In this document: positions 1-13,313 of the stretch, piece after piece | How the letters are laid out: every line of letters begins with the position of its first letter | Numbering within the stretch: the stretch's first letter is position 1 | Assembly (NCBI GenBank): GCA_020137815.1 | Contig: CM035352.1 | Span: 4,774,001 to 4,838,000 of the forward strand | Length of the DNA: 64,000 bases | From: Hormiphora californensis | Lineage: Eukaryota > Animalia > Ctenophora | Direction: 5' to 3' | The notes under the pieces: generated by a model | Seen by the model: only the letters and a program-made list of their open reading frames with translations | Databases searched by the model: none | Told to the model about the DNA's origin: nothing | Translations under genes and position numbers: made by a program

Positions 1-139
1 ATGCAACATATGTCCGCCCAAAAAGAGATAATCTTACCAAACGTAAATACTATTGTACATGAGCACTAACTAATTTCAACCTTCTCGCACTGAAAATTAA
101 TTATTTCTTCCTGGTCTCATACCGACATATATTCCCAGC

Positions 140-1028
140 TGAACCAGTAAAGACATTGGCCGATAGCAGAGTCAGTATACTGGAGAAGCAGCTAGAATAC
201 ATGAGGCGGCTAGTCCACAATGCCGAATCTGAACGGACCAAGGCAACTGAGAAATTAGCGCAGCTAGAGGGAAAGGAAAATAAGGTGAGTTAGCCGGGGT
301 GGGCTTTGTTTTCCTCGACCATATCCCTGTATCATATCACAAGTTAGTCAGTTCTTGGTGATACATTTTAGTTACATCACGAAACTAGGGAGGATTTTTA
401 TTAATTTTTCTGATTATATTCAGGAGACCTGTACTTTGGAAGATATTCGGAAACAAAACGAGAAGATTGAGCACTTACAGATGGAGTGCGAGCGGTTGAA
501 CTCCGCACATTCTAATGCCCAGGTATGTAACAGCCTCTCCCTTAAATCCTTCTATCCTCCTTATCTCTCTCTCCAGTCTCTCCTTCTCCCTCAAGTCCCC
601 AACTGATCATCCCATCAATGTGAGAGTCTAAACAGTTTAATCACACCCAGGACAAAATTAAAGAGTTGGAGGGTCGATTTGGGGAAGAAAAAGATAGTCA
701 CGAGAAGTTATTCCGGCAAACAGAGGAGGTAAGAGTTCATTGCATGCTTTCTAATATTGTGGAGTTTTCTGTCGAGTAAAACTTGCCAAAAAGGAGAGTT
801 TCAATATATGCTTGGTAGGCAGGTTTTGGATGCTCTGATGTTTTCACAAGTTTTAAACGCTAACTAAGAACAGAAATCCCAGTTAGCACGGTTGACTGAG
901 GAAAATAAGAATCTAATGCTCAGCATTACACCCTCCCTACCTCCCTCACCGCCCAACCATCGACCCTCACCATCTGGGAATTACAGACCCTCTCCTGAAC
1001 CGAAACGAAAACAGGTAATAGGAAATGT

Positions 1029-1068
<40 letters not shown>

Positions 1069-1957
1069 TCTCTCCCTATCTAAACTACACCAATTTCAGA
1101 GATCCACCAGATCGGGTAGCTATGAACCCAGACCACCCCGGTGCGAAACCCTGAAGAAGCCGATGCCGTTTGTATGTGGTCGCTCTGCTCACCCCTCTCA
1201 CTCCCTCTCTGCCAATGTTCAGCAAGTGTAAGTGTAATCAGGGGGTTACCATGGTAACATGTTAAAAGTGCTACCTATTTAGCACGCCACATGTTTTGAA
1301 ATCTGAGTGTACTAAAGATGCAATTATCAGGTTGTCGCTTCTACAAAAGGAGAACCCGAACCTCTGTGCTCGAATCTCCACACAAAGACGAAAGAAGGGT
1401 GGAAGTGGTACTACCGGGGAGATAAAGCAGATAATTAGTGGCTTAGAGGACGATATCGGGGCCTTAACATTGTAAGTTTATAATGGCTCCCTTTTTGATG
1501 TTTTGAAAATCTAGAGAATTCCACACTAACCCACAATCAACCCACAGTGAATACCAGTCCCTGAAGTCGAGAGATCAGGATGCTGAGACAAAGGGGAAAC
1601 TAGATTACATAACCGTCCAAATGGAAAAGAAGAGTTCTCACATTAAAAAACTTCGGTCACTCCAGAAAAAGGTTATTATTATTTGTCCTACCGGATTGTT
1701 TTAGTAAGTGTGGTAAAAAGATCATACACCTTATATCTAAATTTTCTTTTCTTGGGTTGACATGGATTTAACATTAACCCTCCCAGATGGATAGTGAGCG
1801 AGTTGTGACTGCTAAAGCCATGCCCCTCTCTTCAAGTAGTCAGTCCAGTAACCGAGAGGTACAAATATCACTGAAGGGACGTAATACGAGGGAATTGCTA
1901 ACGAAAGTTAAGAGTATAAGAGATGTTCTAACCAACAAGGATATTCAGTGGGTGTGA
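140..1957 (+). CDS. CEP57: Centrosomal protein CEP57/CEP57L1 family, 3' portion (8 exons in window; 5' end lies upstream)
   Basis: Exons at about 140-283, 424-522, 651-728, 883-1013, 1099-1227, 1331-1471, 1548-1671 and 1787-1957 with GT-AG borders. They give SRVSILEKQLEYMRRLVHNAESER (CEP57 localisation domain), MPFVCGRSAHPSHSLSANVQQVLSLLQ, LEDDIGALTFEYQSL...MEKKSSHIKKLR (microtubule-binding domain) and the C-terminus LLTKVKSIRDVLTNKDIQWV*. AATAAA follows at about 1999. Confidence 0.88.
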
Positions 1958-3535
1958 GATTGGGTTTTATTGCCCCGTTTTTGTTGTCAAGTCAACGGAA
2001 TAAACGACAGGTTATTGGCATTGAAGTACTAATACATATAACGTTACATTCTATTTTACCCTGTATTACCATTAGGAACGTTTTTGAGATGATATTGTTA
2101 CAGATTAAATTGAGGACATTTAGAAAATGTTTGTTTTGATTTGAATTATAACTTGACTCGCCTGGTGCCGCTGTTAGAATTGTTCCGTTAGAGTTTCGTA
2201 TTTGGAACGCGCGACGACATTCTTGCGCAAAAGGCGCATTGTTGTCAGCCTCATGTCTGACGGCGCGGCAAATACAAAATGAAATGCGCGTTTTGTTTTT
2301 GCGCGTAACAACGCCGCGCACGATTTATTTCCAATATCTATAATTTTGATCACCTGGTCTTTTCCACTTCCTGTTTCCGGGAACGCCTTCCTCCCTTGAA
2401 AAGTGCTGCCTTATCCTGCCAGCAACGTTTGCCAACTTCCTCCCCCTCTCTGACCGTGAGAAGTTCTCACTGAGAACGAGGTAAGCAATGTGGCAGACGC
2501 CCCTGGCTTGTATTGCCATTGATGCAACGCTTGCCATTGATGCAACACAGCCTGTCCATTCGTCGAGTTGAGTTCGCCGAACTCAGTTCGGGCTCGCGTC
2601 AGCTGACATCAGGCCTTCGGTCAGGTTTGAGAGCCTTAGTAGAGGGGTTGTAGCACCGGGAGGTAATGAGTAAACACACACACACGCATTGAGCAAGCTC
2701 AATGTTTAGCTATTCTCCGGCTGGGTATAGGGCTGAGGTACTGGCAAGATATAGTAGGATCGCTACTGCCCACATGTCAAGTTTATTCGGATATACAAGT
2801 TTAAAAGGTTGGGGGGTCACAGGGACCGTCTTAGCTTCGCTCCCCGTTAACATTGCCTGTAACCGGGGGTCCACTAAGCTCTCATATATACTCGGCCATT
2901 ACTCCCAACCACTAGTAGTGGTTTTCAGTACCTCTTATACTGGTAAATCCGTATAGAAACAATCCTTGTGTTTTAATAACGATCACTCCGTATATCTTGC
3001 ACTGACCCAGTATTACCACACATTAATTGTGCAATTGGCACTATGGGATTTCTCCACTACGGCCGGCACTGTGAGTAATCAGCCACTATATAAGCTACAT
3101 CTTGGTTGCTAACCAGTCAATACATTAGTAGAGTTTGAGAGCCTGGGAACAGTGGCCACTCAGTCACGCACTAGTGGAACATGTCAACCCCTCGCCAGCT
3201 GGCTTCACTCAGACGTCAGACTTCTGAGTGAAAAAAATCAATACAGGGGCTCAGGGCTGTGGCTGTGCTAAGAATTGGGGCATAGAGCCTCTGGTCTTGC
3301 CTGATGCCTCTTTCTCACGTATGGACTATGGACTATGTCAGTATGTCAAGAGGAAATTGTGCCAAAACTCCGCTCCCGAACGAATGCAGTTCAAACTTAA
3401 ATTGAGGTTGATTGAAAAGTTAAAAAATCAAAACACTACAAAAATAAAATCTTAAGCCTATTTAAATCGACAAATGATTGTTGAAACAGACTACAGAGAA
3501 AAACCATTTAAAGGAATGTCTCCGTCTATTTGTGG

Positions 3536-6500
3536 TTACGAGTTCTTTTTATTTCCACAGCATCGTTTCGCCAGTTCATTTATCAGCATGTACCTCATCT
3601 TGAACTCCTGTATTTTCGATTCATCAATATCAGAGGGTGTCTCACGTCCTAGCTCCGCGTCTACTTCGATATTACTAACCTGAAATTAATTATGCTAGAT
3701 GTCCGAAGGACACCAGAGATTTACAAAAGTAATTGGAGTGAGTTCTTTTCCTACCGATTCGTTGTACAACATCTGTTGGAAGTCTGGCGATGGAACTGTT
3801 TCATTGACGATTCTCTTCTTCAACCAACCACTCGATACTTCTTGAATGAAGTTCACCTTTAGTTTGTCTGAAATGGAATATAGGTTAACCTAACCACCTT
3901 ACCATGTGGTATCAATCGATGCAGACTGTAGAGACTGCAAATGAACTGTTGGGAAAATTATAAAAAGACTTAAGCGTGATGTACATTAGGGTAGGTACTT
4001 ACTCTTTGGTCGTTGTGTCCTTGTATAGCACCGGTAAAGGACGTACAAAGGGGTCATTATCAAATTGAGGGGAAACATCCAGGGTATACCTTTCTTGTAT
4101 TCCTGCGAATAAGGTGGGCTATCATTTTCCATCATTTGCAATAATACCTATTACAATAAAACCTCGATTCACCGAACGTCTAGGTCCTTCCTCTGCATTT
4201 GCGGAGTACAACTGTACTGAAGTTTCACGATACAGCTATATTTTATACAGGGCCGGATGAGGGACGTGTTGTTACTCACGGTGAATAATTTAGCCCTGGA
4301 ATATTTCCACTCGGTATCCTCATTCAGCTGTATCTCCATGTATGTGTTGTTTAGCATTGCAATTAGGGTGTTCATAAACACAATGGAAAGGATCACAGAG
4401 TATACCAAGACCAGGAAAATCATTATCGCATTTGTTGCCTTGTCCTCCGCTACCAGCGACTGAAATATTTGATAGTGAACTGCGTCTCTAACGGACAAGT
4501 TATTTTCAAGCACTCTGCACTATAGAAAGTAAGGTTTTTAATTGTGTTGTTTTACCTCCGTTCCAAGAATGTCGAAGAGGGACCAAGTCATGGTCCGCAG
4601 CGTGTCTATAAAGTCATTGAAGTCTTCCAGCTCCGTGGGACCGCCCTTCAGGGCTCGGTAACTGTGAGCCACTGAGTAGATGGAACACACAAACCCCATG
4701 AGAATGAGAACAATTAGAATCATGAGTTTAATGACATCAAACATCATTCTCTTGACTGCCAGTTGTAGTGGACCAAGGACTCTGAGGAAGTCCACAAAGT
4801 TCATCAGTCGGAAGAATACAAATACCTCAACGATACCTGATTGAGAAAAACTAATATCAGCTTCCTTATTTGTTATAACTCATAAGCAAACAGCTTTTGA
4901 GTCGCCTGACACTGTGTCCACTCTTCGGAATAATACATAAAGTATGAACAATTCAATTCCACTTACTATAAATGTAAAAAGCAACCGTAGGCTTGCTGAT
5001 GATTCTGCAAATAATTGCAACAGGCATTGATATACAAATGATCAGGATCTATGATATTCCAGAAATTCCTGAGATACTTTGTTTTCCCGTTGAAAACGAA
5101 CTGGTACATCTCTGTTTCAACCCTCGCCAGGACACAGGCCCAAAGTATAATCTCGAATAATTGTTAATTCTGGGTCAGGTCCAGTTTTCACAGAAAGCAC
5201 GGTAGAGACAAGGAGAGTCAGTAAAATGGCATAGTTTATCATATCCACGAATAATGAATAAAATGGTTTTAGAAGCTCTCTAGCCAAATAATCCAACCGG
5301 CTGTGTTGATATTTCCACGTCCCCGTAACTATAGAATCTTTTACAAGCAGGAAAGTATAGAATATACCCATTATCACGCCCAAAAGAGAGGTACAAATTA
5401 ACCGGAGTAGGACGAGGAATGTTGCCTTATCCTTTGTACCATAAAACTCCTCAACAAGAATCTCCTGACAAAAGGGATGGGCGAGAAATGCTTTTTCTTT
5501 TGCATCAATCGCCGCCTCAATGTATGCAGTGCTGCAAAGTAATCTTCTTGCTTCCCAGACCGTCCTACAGGAATCCAGGAACTGGACGGAAAACTTGCAG
5601 GCATCACGAGCCAATATGAGGCAGTCAGTGGCATACTCTTTCTTGTGGTTAGAAAGTTGAAAGAGTTTCAAATTGCAGTGGTGCGCTGTCTTCATCGGGT
5701 CTTTGGTAAGGTTCATGTACTCGGGACAAATGAGAATGGTCAGGCACATCATGGCCGTTCGTGATTCTCTGTTTGGAGATTTGAGAGTATTACAAAGGCT
5801 ATCCACAGCCAGAGTTATATCGGCACCATAATGTAGGAGTTCCTTTAACAGTTCAATATTATCCGCACAGGGATTCAAACTCATTGCCTGGGCAACTTGG
5901 ACCAGGGGGTAGTCCCCATTTCCATCTTTGTGGTTGGGATTAGCTCCGAATTTCAACAAGATCCTCGTCATCTGGTTTCTACTGGATCCCATCCTGCATG
6001 TCAGCAGAAGGGGAGAGTTACCAAACACATCCTGACAGTTGGCTACGTTTTTCTCGCTGTAAAACTTATCTTGACACCCGAACTTGGGAACGACGTTTTC
6101 CTCAATGTTCACACTGTATGTCATGAGAAGATGTTTAAATGTTCGCAAATCTCCATACTCAATGGCTAGGAAAATATGTTGCAAAATTTCAAATCGTTCG
6201 TCGTCAGTCAGTTTGTTGGCCCGGTTTGCACGACGTTGTATTTCCTCACGGAGTCTGTCGGCACTAATAACTGGTTTCGACTTTCTTTCACGTTTCCTTA
6301 GTTCACGCTCTAAGTCATCTCTCCTAACTTTTCGTCCTTTTTGGCGATGGGCTGGTCGTTGGGGAGTTTCTTTAGGCTTTATTGTGGGGACTGGAGGAGC
6401 GGGTGGCACTGGTGGAGCGGGTGGCACTGGCGGGGCGGGCGGAACTGGGGGAGCGGGTGGAGGAACATTACATCCGGGTACGGCGGGAGGAGCTCCGGGT

Positions 6501-7168
6501 ACAGACGGAGGAGGAGGAGGACGCTGTCCACCACGATCACCTATTATTTGCGGTACCGGGGGAGCTGGTGGTATGATGTCATTTCTTGAAGGAGTACCAA
6601 TATCATTTGCAGTAGGTTCACCATTTTCGGTTGACGAAACGACGATTAGTTTAGCTGATCCGGTGTCTTTATTTTCCTCATCGTGATCGTACTCCTGCCA
6701 CTCTTCTTCCTCTTCCGTGGAACTCCAGTAGTCATCATCTTCATCATCTTCATCATCTTCCTCATCACAGTCTATCACAGTCTCAATAGTACCACCTCTT
6801 ATACCACCTCTTAATATACCACCACCACTGTAAGCGAGGGTATCTCGCTCCTCCTGAAGATACTCCAAAACACCCCGCTGCTCCCTTTTCTCATCGATCT
6901 CCTTCAACACCGCCTGCATGTGTTCTGATGCAAACTCATTTCCAATTACGTCTCCCGCGCCAAAGCCGTCCTCGCCAATACTCGATATCCGCTGAAGAAT
7001 TCTGTGTTGAATCTTAGACTTTTTCAAATTCTTGGCTTGTTGCGGTTTTCCATTTTCCGGGTCATTCGGATCGGTGAAGTAGACGATGGGGAGACCCAGG
7101 GGAATTGGAATGTTGTCAGGAGCAATGGAGCTGACATAGTAGTCATCCTGTTCAGACGATCTGCTCAT
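3536..7168 (-). CDS. TRP cation channel, TRPC-like (ankyrin repeats, 6TM, TRP box), with two apparent +1 frameshifts in S2-S3
   Basis: Exon 1 (7168 to about 4967) has an acidic tract, (PPAPPV)n, ankyrin repeats (DVFGNSPLLLTC, GANPNHKDGNGDYPL) and FLAHPFCQEIL. Later exons give LGPLQLAVKRMMFDVIK (S4-S5 linker), TLRTMTWSLF (pore), MNTLIAMLNNTYMEIQLNEDTEWKYSRAKLF (S6 plus EWKFAR-type TRP box) and WMFPLNLI. Stop at 3536-3538. Confidence 0.9.
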
Positions 7169-7444
7169 GGACTCTAGGTGGTAGTCAAGAACAATTTTTA
7201 GCTCAATTTTAGACTAAATTCACTTTAATAACTATATAACTATAACACTATAACCGCTGTAAATACAAGATTTGGGCAATATTACACTGCATCACAGCTG
7301 TAGGGCCGGGTACACACAAGAACAAATAGAATATCTCATGTAGGAAGTAAACCGTTGCAGGGACACGAATTCCAAACAAACAACATAATTGTACTGGAGC
7401 ATTATTCCATTCCACTTTCACTCTCTTTCTCCTCTTTCTCTCTT

Positions 7445-7449
<5 letters not shown>

Positions 7450-7516
<67 letters not shown>
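7450..7516. repeat. (CT)n microsatellite
   Basis: Long CT dinucleotide run. Confidence 0.95.
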
Positions 7517-7519
<3 letters not shown>

Positions 7520-9801
7520 TTCATTTGTTGAATAACATCAGCTATATTTTGAGATACACCTGCAGCTATTTACAACTGTCCGGAAAATAATTTAAATGAT
7601 ATTCTCTTTCCCTGTCTCTATTTCTTTCTCTATCTCTACCCCTCTCCCTCTCTTTCTTTCGCTCTCATTCGTTCTCTCTTTATCTTTCCTAGATGGTCTG
7701 GTTCCTGGTATAGTTAGCACTGGCAGTTAGGGGAGACTTGGCCAATATGGGCCGTGTGCCCAAATGGGATCTTGGGCTGTACGTAAGATAATAAGGTTCA
7801 GACACAAACTGAACACTACAATACGATCCTCTTTGTTCAAGGATCATTTTCCATTGATTATTATCATTTTCTGACAAATAGATGGTGTCGTGTGTTGGTG
7901 GTTTCCCACAGAATTATCTAAGTCGAAAATTTGATCTTATGTTAAGCTCGATTACACAGCCCTCTCGATAGATTGTTACCAGTTTTTGGGCGGAAATTTA
8001 AGTTAGTGTAATTTTCTTGCATCCTGAAATATTTTTAAGCTTTTTCAAATTATAGTGTTTGTTAAATAATTGCTATAGTAAAGTTGTTCAGTTTGGGTTA
8101 TATGGGACATTTACACCTTGTCCAAAATGGGATATCCCATTTCACCAAATTTGCTCAATTTTAGCTAAAATGGGATATCCCATTTTACCAAAATTTGCTA
8201 TCCCGTTTGACCTAAGATCTAAGTATCTTTATTGGTTACCATAGAGACTGCTTGGGATCGTTTGGTTACCATAGCAACCACCTAGGAAGCCATTACAACT
8301 AACATTGCATCAGCCAAAAAATGTTTGAAAGCACAAAACTCGTCAAAAACCAAGTTTTGAAGCATAGACATCAATAATACATCCATTTTCGTCATGGAAA
8401 CAAAGCGTTATGAGCGCATAACGCAAATAATTCATGTTTATACACAATTTCTATAATTTCTTCCAATTTACGACCCCGTGTTTGACATATAACTTAAGTT
8501 TTTCCCAAACTAAAGCGGTTTTGGCAAAATGGGACACGTAACTTAGGTCAAATGGGATATCCCGTTTGACCCAAAAAGGTATGTCCCGTTTCGCCAAAAT
8601 TTTTAGCCACTGCATAAATTTTATACCAAATGGGATAGTACCATTGCTCATCTTTGGGTGTAGATAAGGAGATGTATTTCAGGGAAATGATAAATCTAAC
8701 AATGAAAAATACAACCAAATAAAAAAGAAGGGGGAAGAGCCCGTAGAAATTGAGATATATGGGGAAAAAGGATGGTATACCGTTATGGCCAAGTCTCCCC
8801 TAACGGTATATTATGTAGTACATGGAATAATGATAGCACGAAGCAAGCAAACAGGTCACACCACAAGCAAACGAAAGGAGGATTGTGCATGCGAATCGAG
8901 CCAGTGAGAGTCAATTGTGAGAAAAATACAAAAGTGCAAGGAAGCTGAAAGAGGGGCAAAGTGTAGCAAGATAAAATGTAACGACAATCGAGTCTGCTGG
9001 TTTCCTCTCCGAACAGGGCCGAAGTGTGTGCGACATTACAGTCATGAAATACAAAAGGGATCATATTTCAATTTTCGAACATCCGATCATCAGACAATCA
9101 ATTTAGGGACTTCTTCTAGAAGGATCAGCTTCTCTGTGTTAAGGTTTGACAAAGTTGAAGACAAGCGTATTGTGATAACGAGAATGTGAAGTGAATTGTT
9201 ATCAGTAACAGTCAACAGAGACATATATAATACTTGAGTTTAAATCACGAGGTTGCCTGGTTACAAGGCATTTGGAAAGGTAGTAGGTGAAATGTTTTAG
9301 ATTGCCCTGTAAAATGTACATTGAAGCTAAGGTTTTGATTCAAAATAGCGTACGAACTATATAGTACAACTAGAAGTGGTGGTAGAAGTGGTAATTAAGT
9401 TACTAGAAAAGGCTGTGGTTTGTACTGGTAATGGAAATGCACCGGCCACCGAGATACTGCATTGGCAACTCAAACTGCTGCAAAACAAACTGATGTCGTT
9501 CCACTAACAATGAAGTACTATATCTTGAGGAAAGTTAAAAATTAAAATGATAAAATCAATCGTATATAATATATCTTGAGGAAAGTTAAAATGATAAAAT
9601 CAATCGTACAGCATGTATCCTGGAGCTCTTGTATAGAACTACAATAGCTACAGGATACGGACTTGCGTTTTTATTCTGTCTTTATTCTACTCAACGATAA
9701 GTTACAACTCACGCAACTTTAGGAAGCAACAAATGTGCCATGCGGATACATCATGTTGTTTAGCTTACCTGGATAGTGGTGGTGGGATTTTGAAGTATGT
9801 A

Positions 9802-9973
9802 CAGTCGGACCCCGATTTAGGGACACCCTCGGGGGAAAGGCTCTTGTCCACTAAATCGGGGTGTCCACTAAATCGGGGTCAAATAAGGTTAATTTCCTAT
9901 ATCGGGGGAAAAAATTCCTGTCCCTAAATCGGGGTGCCACTAAATCGGGGGGCCCTAAATCGGGGTCCGACTG
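9802..9973. mobile_element. Tc1/mariner (pogo/Tigger-type) MITE, short member
   Basis: TIR CAGTCGGACCCCGATTTAG...CTAAATCGGGGTCCGACTG with TA on both sides; internal repeats of CTAAATCGGGG. Confidence 0.85.
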
Positions 9974-10291
9974 TATATGAATTCAAGTTGGCGCATCCAC
10001 TGTGCAGGGCATAATAATGATAATTTATGACACCAGATTTACAGTTGGTTCAGTCGGACCCCGATTTACCAGGATGCCCAGCAAATCGGGGTACCGGGCA
10101 TGATGATCACTTCCTCTTCAATCTTCGTTCTTCTCCATTCTTCCTCTCCTTACTTTCACTGTAAAAGTTTAACTAAATTATGGGGAGATAAACATCTATC
10201 TCTGTGCCAGCCCTAAATCCCATGGGGTCCCATAACCACAAGGCTGCATGGCTGATGCCTTTGACAGGGTGGTTCTCCTGTTTTGTTTCAG

Positions 10292-10351
10292 ATTCCTGCG
10301 AGCAAGTTTCAAGATGAGGAAATTGAGGTCGTGGATATTTCTCTTACTTAG
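10292..10351 (+). other. Isolated exon-like segment (candidate 5' exon of a downstream + strand gene)
   Basis: Strong acceptor (ttttgtttcag) and donor (AG|gtaagt); contains an ATG-initiated MRKLRSWIFLLL. Confidence 0.45.
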
Positions 10352-11757
10352 GTAAGTATTTCAAAGAAATATTGAGTTCTGTTTGATTTTCCAGGCGCCA
10401 CATGACAATTTGAGTGATAACATACTCTCCTGTATAATATACCGTATTGCCTATTATAATTATCGATGATTGCACGCTCACTAATCGCTGTTGAGCCACA
10501 ACTCATGGAATCGATGTCACACAACAATGACGTAGTGTGTTCGAGAGAGAGTTCTGACATGTGTAATTGTTTTACTAAGGGATTGTTGGCACGTGTGTGT
10601 GTGGTTTAATTACTGTAGGTTATGTATTGACATCCTGTCATAGCTCTCCTCGGCTCTATACTCTCATGCCGTCCCAACAAATTCTGCTGCAATAAAACGT
10701 GAGCATAATGAACATAATATCATATATTAATGTTTTCCTTTAGCCAATAATGATATAGCTGTGTCACGGTTTGGCTTGCTCCACCCTGTTTCACCACGCC
10801 CCACAAAAGGGTTAGAACATATAACAAGTTACGGTCAACTCATCGGCTGTCAGCTCATTGGCCTGCCCCTGACAGCTCCTCAGTGTCTCGACATAATATC
10901 TGTGCCAGTATACCTACGGTCTATAATATAATCGCGGTGAGACAGAATGACTGAATGGGAGAAACAAAAAATAGAACAGAGAAATACAGAGAGATGCAGA
11001 TAAAAGAGAAAATCTGGCGCCCCAAATTACTATTCGCTGTCATTGTAAATGCCATGTCGATCAGAGCTGCTGTTATGTGTTGTGGTTAATACGTCTTTTC
11101 ACCATGACACTGATCTCTAATAGAGAGAATCAGAGATTTAATCGCTTCACTTTTCCTATTATAAGTAGGTACTTAAACATAAGTATCTAGTTTCCGCCGT
11201 AATCCGCTGCATTGTTAGTACTTAGCAGGCCAAGTCTTCATTGCCAGCCTGACATTTAAACAGCTGTATCTTTTCTTTCCTCGACAGAAATTCCGTGGTT
11301 TTTGATGTCGCCACGTGTCTGTGGTCTACACGTTCTAATTAAATGCACGTGCACTCTATTCCAAGAGATTTACTTAATCATCCGCCAGTTGTTTTGTATT
11401 AGCTTTTTCCAATTGTTATGACGTTCTAACCTTGGTTACGAAGTCACTCCTATTATTGCTTGAGCTTGCACGACCCGGAGGGGTAATTTCTTACTCGACA
11501 AGTAATTTCATAACCAAGTTCTAATCCTTCCTTAAACACAATGTGTGCAGGGTGCGGTGAAACAGGGTCGATCAAGGCAACTTTTAATTCCTTCCTTACT
11601 TGGCTTGCTTTAGCTATGATAATATTACCCAACTGTATCTCTTACTGACTGAGTTTTTGCATCCGCTGTTTTAGTAGAATTGAGCCTTACACAACCTGTG
11701 TTACACAAGTTAATTATTGAGCCTAACACAAGCTAACTATTATATTCCCAGCTTATT

Positions 11758-12840
11758 ATGAGTCAGTACTGTCCAACCAGCGATGAGCAACACCTCAACA
11801 ACACTAATACACCTACAGCAACCGATCCGTATACCCTATACTCAACCCTGAGTTCAGTTGAATTCATCATCGGTACCCCCCTCAACCTCCTCTGCTTCCT
11901 ATATTTCCTCCGCCAGCCCGGATCTGTCTCCCGATTGGTCCACCTATGGATCACACTTCATGATGTCATTAAGAGCGTCCTGGCAGTGGTTCCAGCCATA
12001 TCCAGCTACCTGCACGGGGCCCCCGGAGTCCTGGCTGTACCTGCCCTCTGCACGGGATATGGGATGTTCTGGAATGTTGCTGTGAGACAAAGTGTCTTCT
12101 TAATCGCCCTCCTCAATGCAACCCGGACAGTTTCAATGCTGAAACCATTACTGCAGATCAAACGGGGCCTTATCATGGGAATTCTGGTGGGCTACATCTC
12201 CATGCAGATACTTCAGGCAACTGTTCCATTCTGGTTTGGAGTCAGCTACACATACAGTCGAGATATGCTGGGTTGTGGATGGGCCGTCTCACAGCTCTTC
12301 CAAGGTTCCACCCTCAGCCAGGGATGGTTCCTCACCGCCTATATTCTCTTAAATGTCATCCACTACATAGGCCCCGCTGTTATAGTGATCTTCTGCAACT
12401 GTGTCTCGTGTGCCCTCCTCGCACGGACCACAGTTTCAACTGCGGCGAGTGGAGTGAAACGTGACGCAACAATAACCATGGTGGCACTTACAGTGGCGTA
12501 TGCCATCCTGAACCTCCCCCAATGTGCTCTAGTCCTGATACATCTCTTCATGATCGCCAAGTGCACCTACCTGCCCCTGACAAACGTTATCCATGTTCTG
12601 ACCTTCACCCACACGGCCAACCTTAACTCCATCGCGAATGCAGTGATCTACTTTGTCCGGGTCCAGAAGATTCGTCAGTTTGTCTGTCGGTTAGGTCGGG
12701 GTGGGGACGCGGGAACACGAGCGGTGGTCCGGCAGAGCACTGCCCAGGAGTATACCCTTCTGTCTCGGTTGAGCAGAGAGCAGTTTAGCAACCGCCATCT
12801 CCGAGTACAATCACCAAGGGACTGTAGTACACAGCACTAG
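11758..12840 (+). CDS. Class A (rhodopsin-like) orphan GPCR, single coding exon, 360 aa
   Basis: Seven hydrophobic segments; TM1 GTPLN; TM2 LHD; Cys at the top of TM3 and in ECL2; degenerate DRY (NATR); TM6 LNLP; TM7 NAVIY; N-terminal N-glycosylation site; no TM7 lysine. Confidence 0.9.
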   Translation: MSQYCPTSDEQHLNNTNTPTATDPYTLYSTLSSVEFIIGTPLNLLCFLYFLRQPGSVSRLVHLWITLHDVIKSVLAVVPAISSYLHGAPGVLAVPALCTGYGMFWNVAVRQSVFLIALLNATRTVSMLKPLLQIKRGLIMGILVGYISMQILQATVPFWFGVSYTYSRDMLGCGWAVSQLFQGSTLSQGWFLTAYILLNVIHYIGPAVIVIFCNCVSCALLARTTVSTAASGVKRDATITMVALTVAYAILNLPQCALVLIHLFMIAKCTYLPLTNVIHVLTFTHTANLNSIANAVIYFVRVQKIRQFVCRLGRGGDAGTRAVVRQSTAQEYTLLSRLSREQFSNRHLRVQSPRDCSTQH

Positions 12841-12940
12841 TAGTATACGACACTAGGATCGAAGGGAGTGGACTGTAGTACACGGCACTAAGATCGAAGG
12901 GAATGGAGTGTAGTACTAAGTACACGGCACTAGGATCGAA
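12819..12940. repeat. Short degenerate tandem repeat overlapping the GPCR stop and 3' UTR
   Basis: GGACTGTAGTACAC(A/G)GCACTA(G/A)GATCGAAGGGA units, about 3-4 copies. Confidence 0.7.
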
Positions 12941-13313
12941 TAGTTAGGGAGCGGATCTGTCTGAATGGACCCGCGGGATAAAGCATCGGGTTAATGCAGG
13001 CTGGGGAGATACTCACACGTATATGTGCAGTTCTCATTCATCATGCGCCCAGCTGCAGCCTCTTGTCTGATGAAACCACACAATACATCATGCCCGGGAG
13101 TATCTTCCCCACCTTTTATCCTGACCCTTTTGTCCCGAATACCGACCCTATTTCCTGACTCGTACCATAATCCGCCGTGTAATGAATAATTATCTGTATA
13201 AACACTTATCTAAGTCGAACAGATTGAGTTACCATAATATATATTGTCTATGTTAAATTATTGTTATCATTTGTTGCTAAAACTGTTTACAATTATTGTC
13301 TATATAAGTACCG

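Noticed and set aside
2150-3400. Possible LTR or gene between CEP57 and the TRP channel
   Set aside because: Only short ORFs without recognisable motifs, one donor-like site (about 2480) and small palindromes; no paired LTR or TSD found.
6084-6686. 200-aa Gly-rich + strand ORF
   Set aside because: It is the antisense shadow of the TRP polyproline repeat.
8090-8650. Possible transposon with repeated AAATGGGATATCCC motif
   Set aside because: Probably a repeat, but I could not define termini or a TSD.
11758-12840. Opsin assignment for either class-A GPCR
   Set aside because: There is no retinal-binding lysine at the TM7 position before the NPxxY-like motif.
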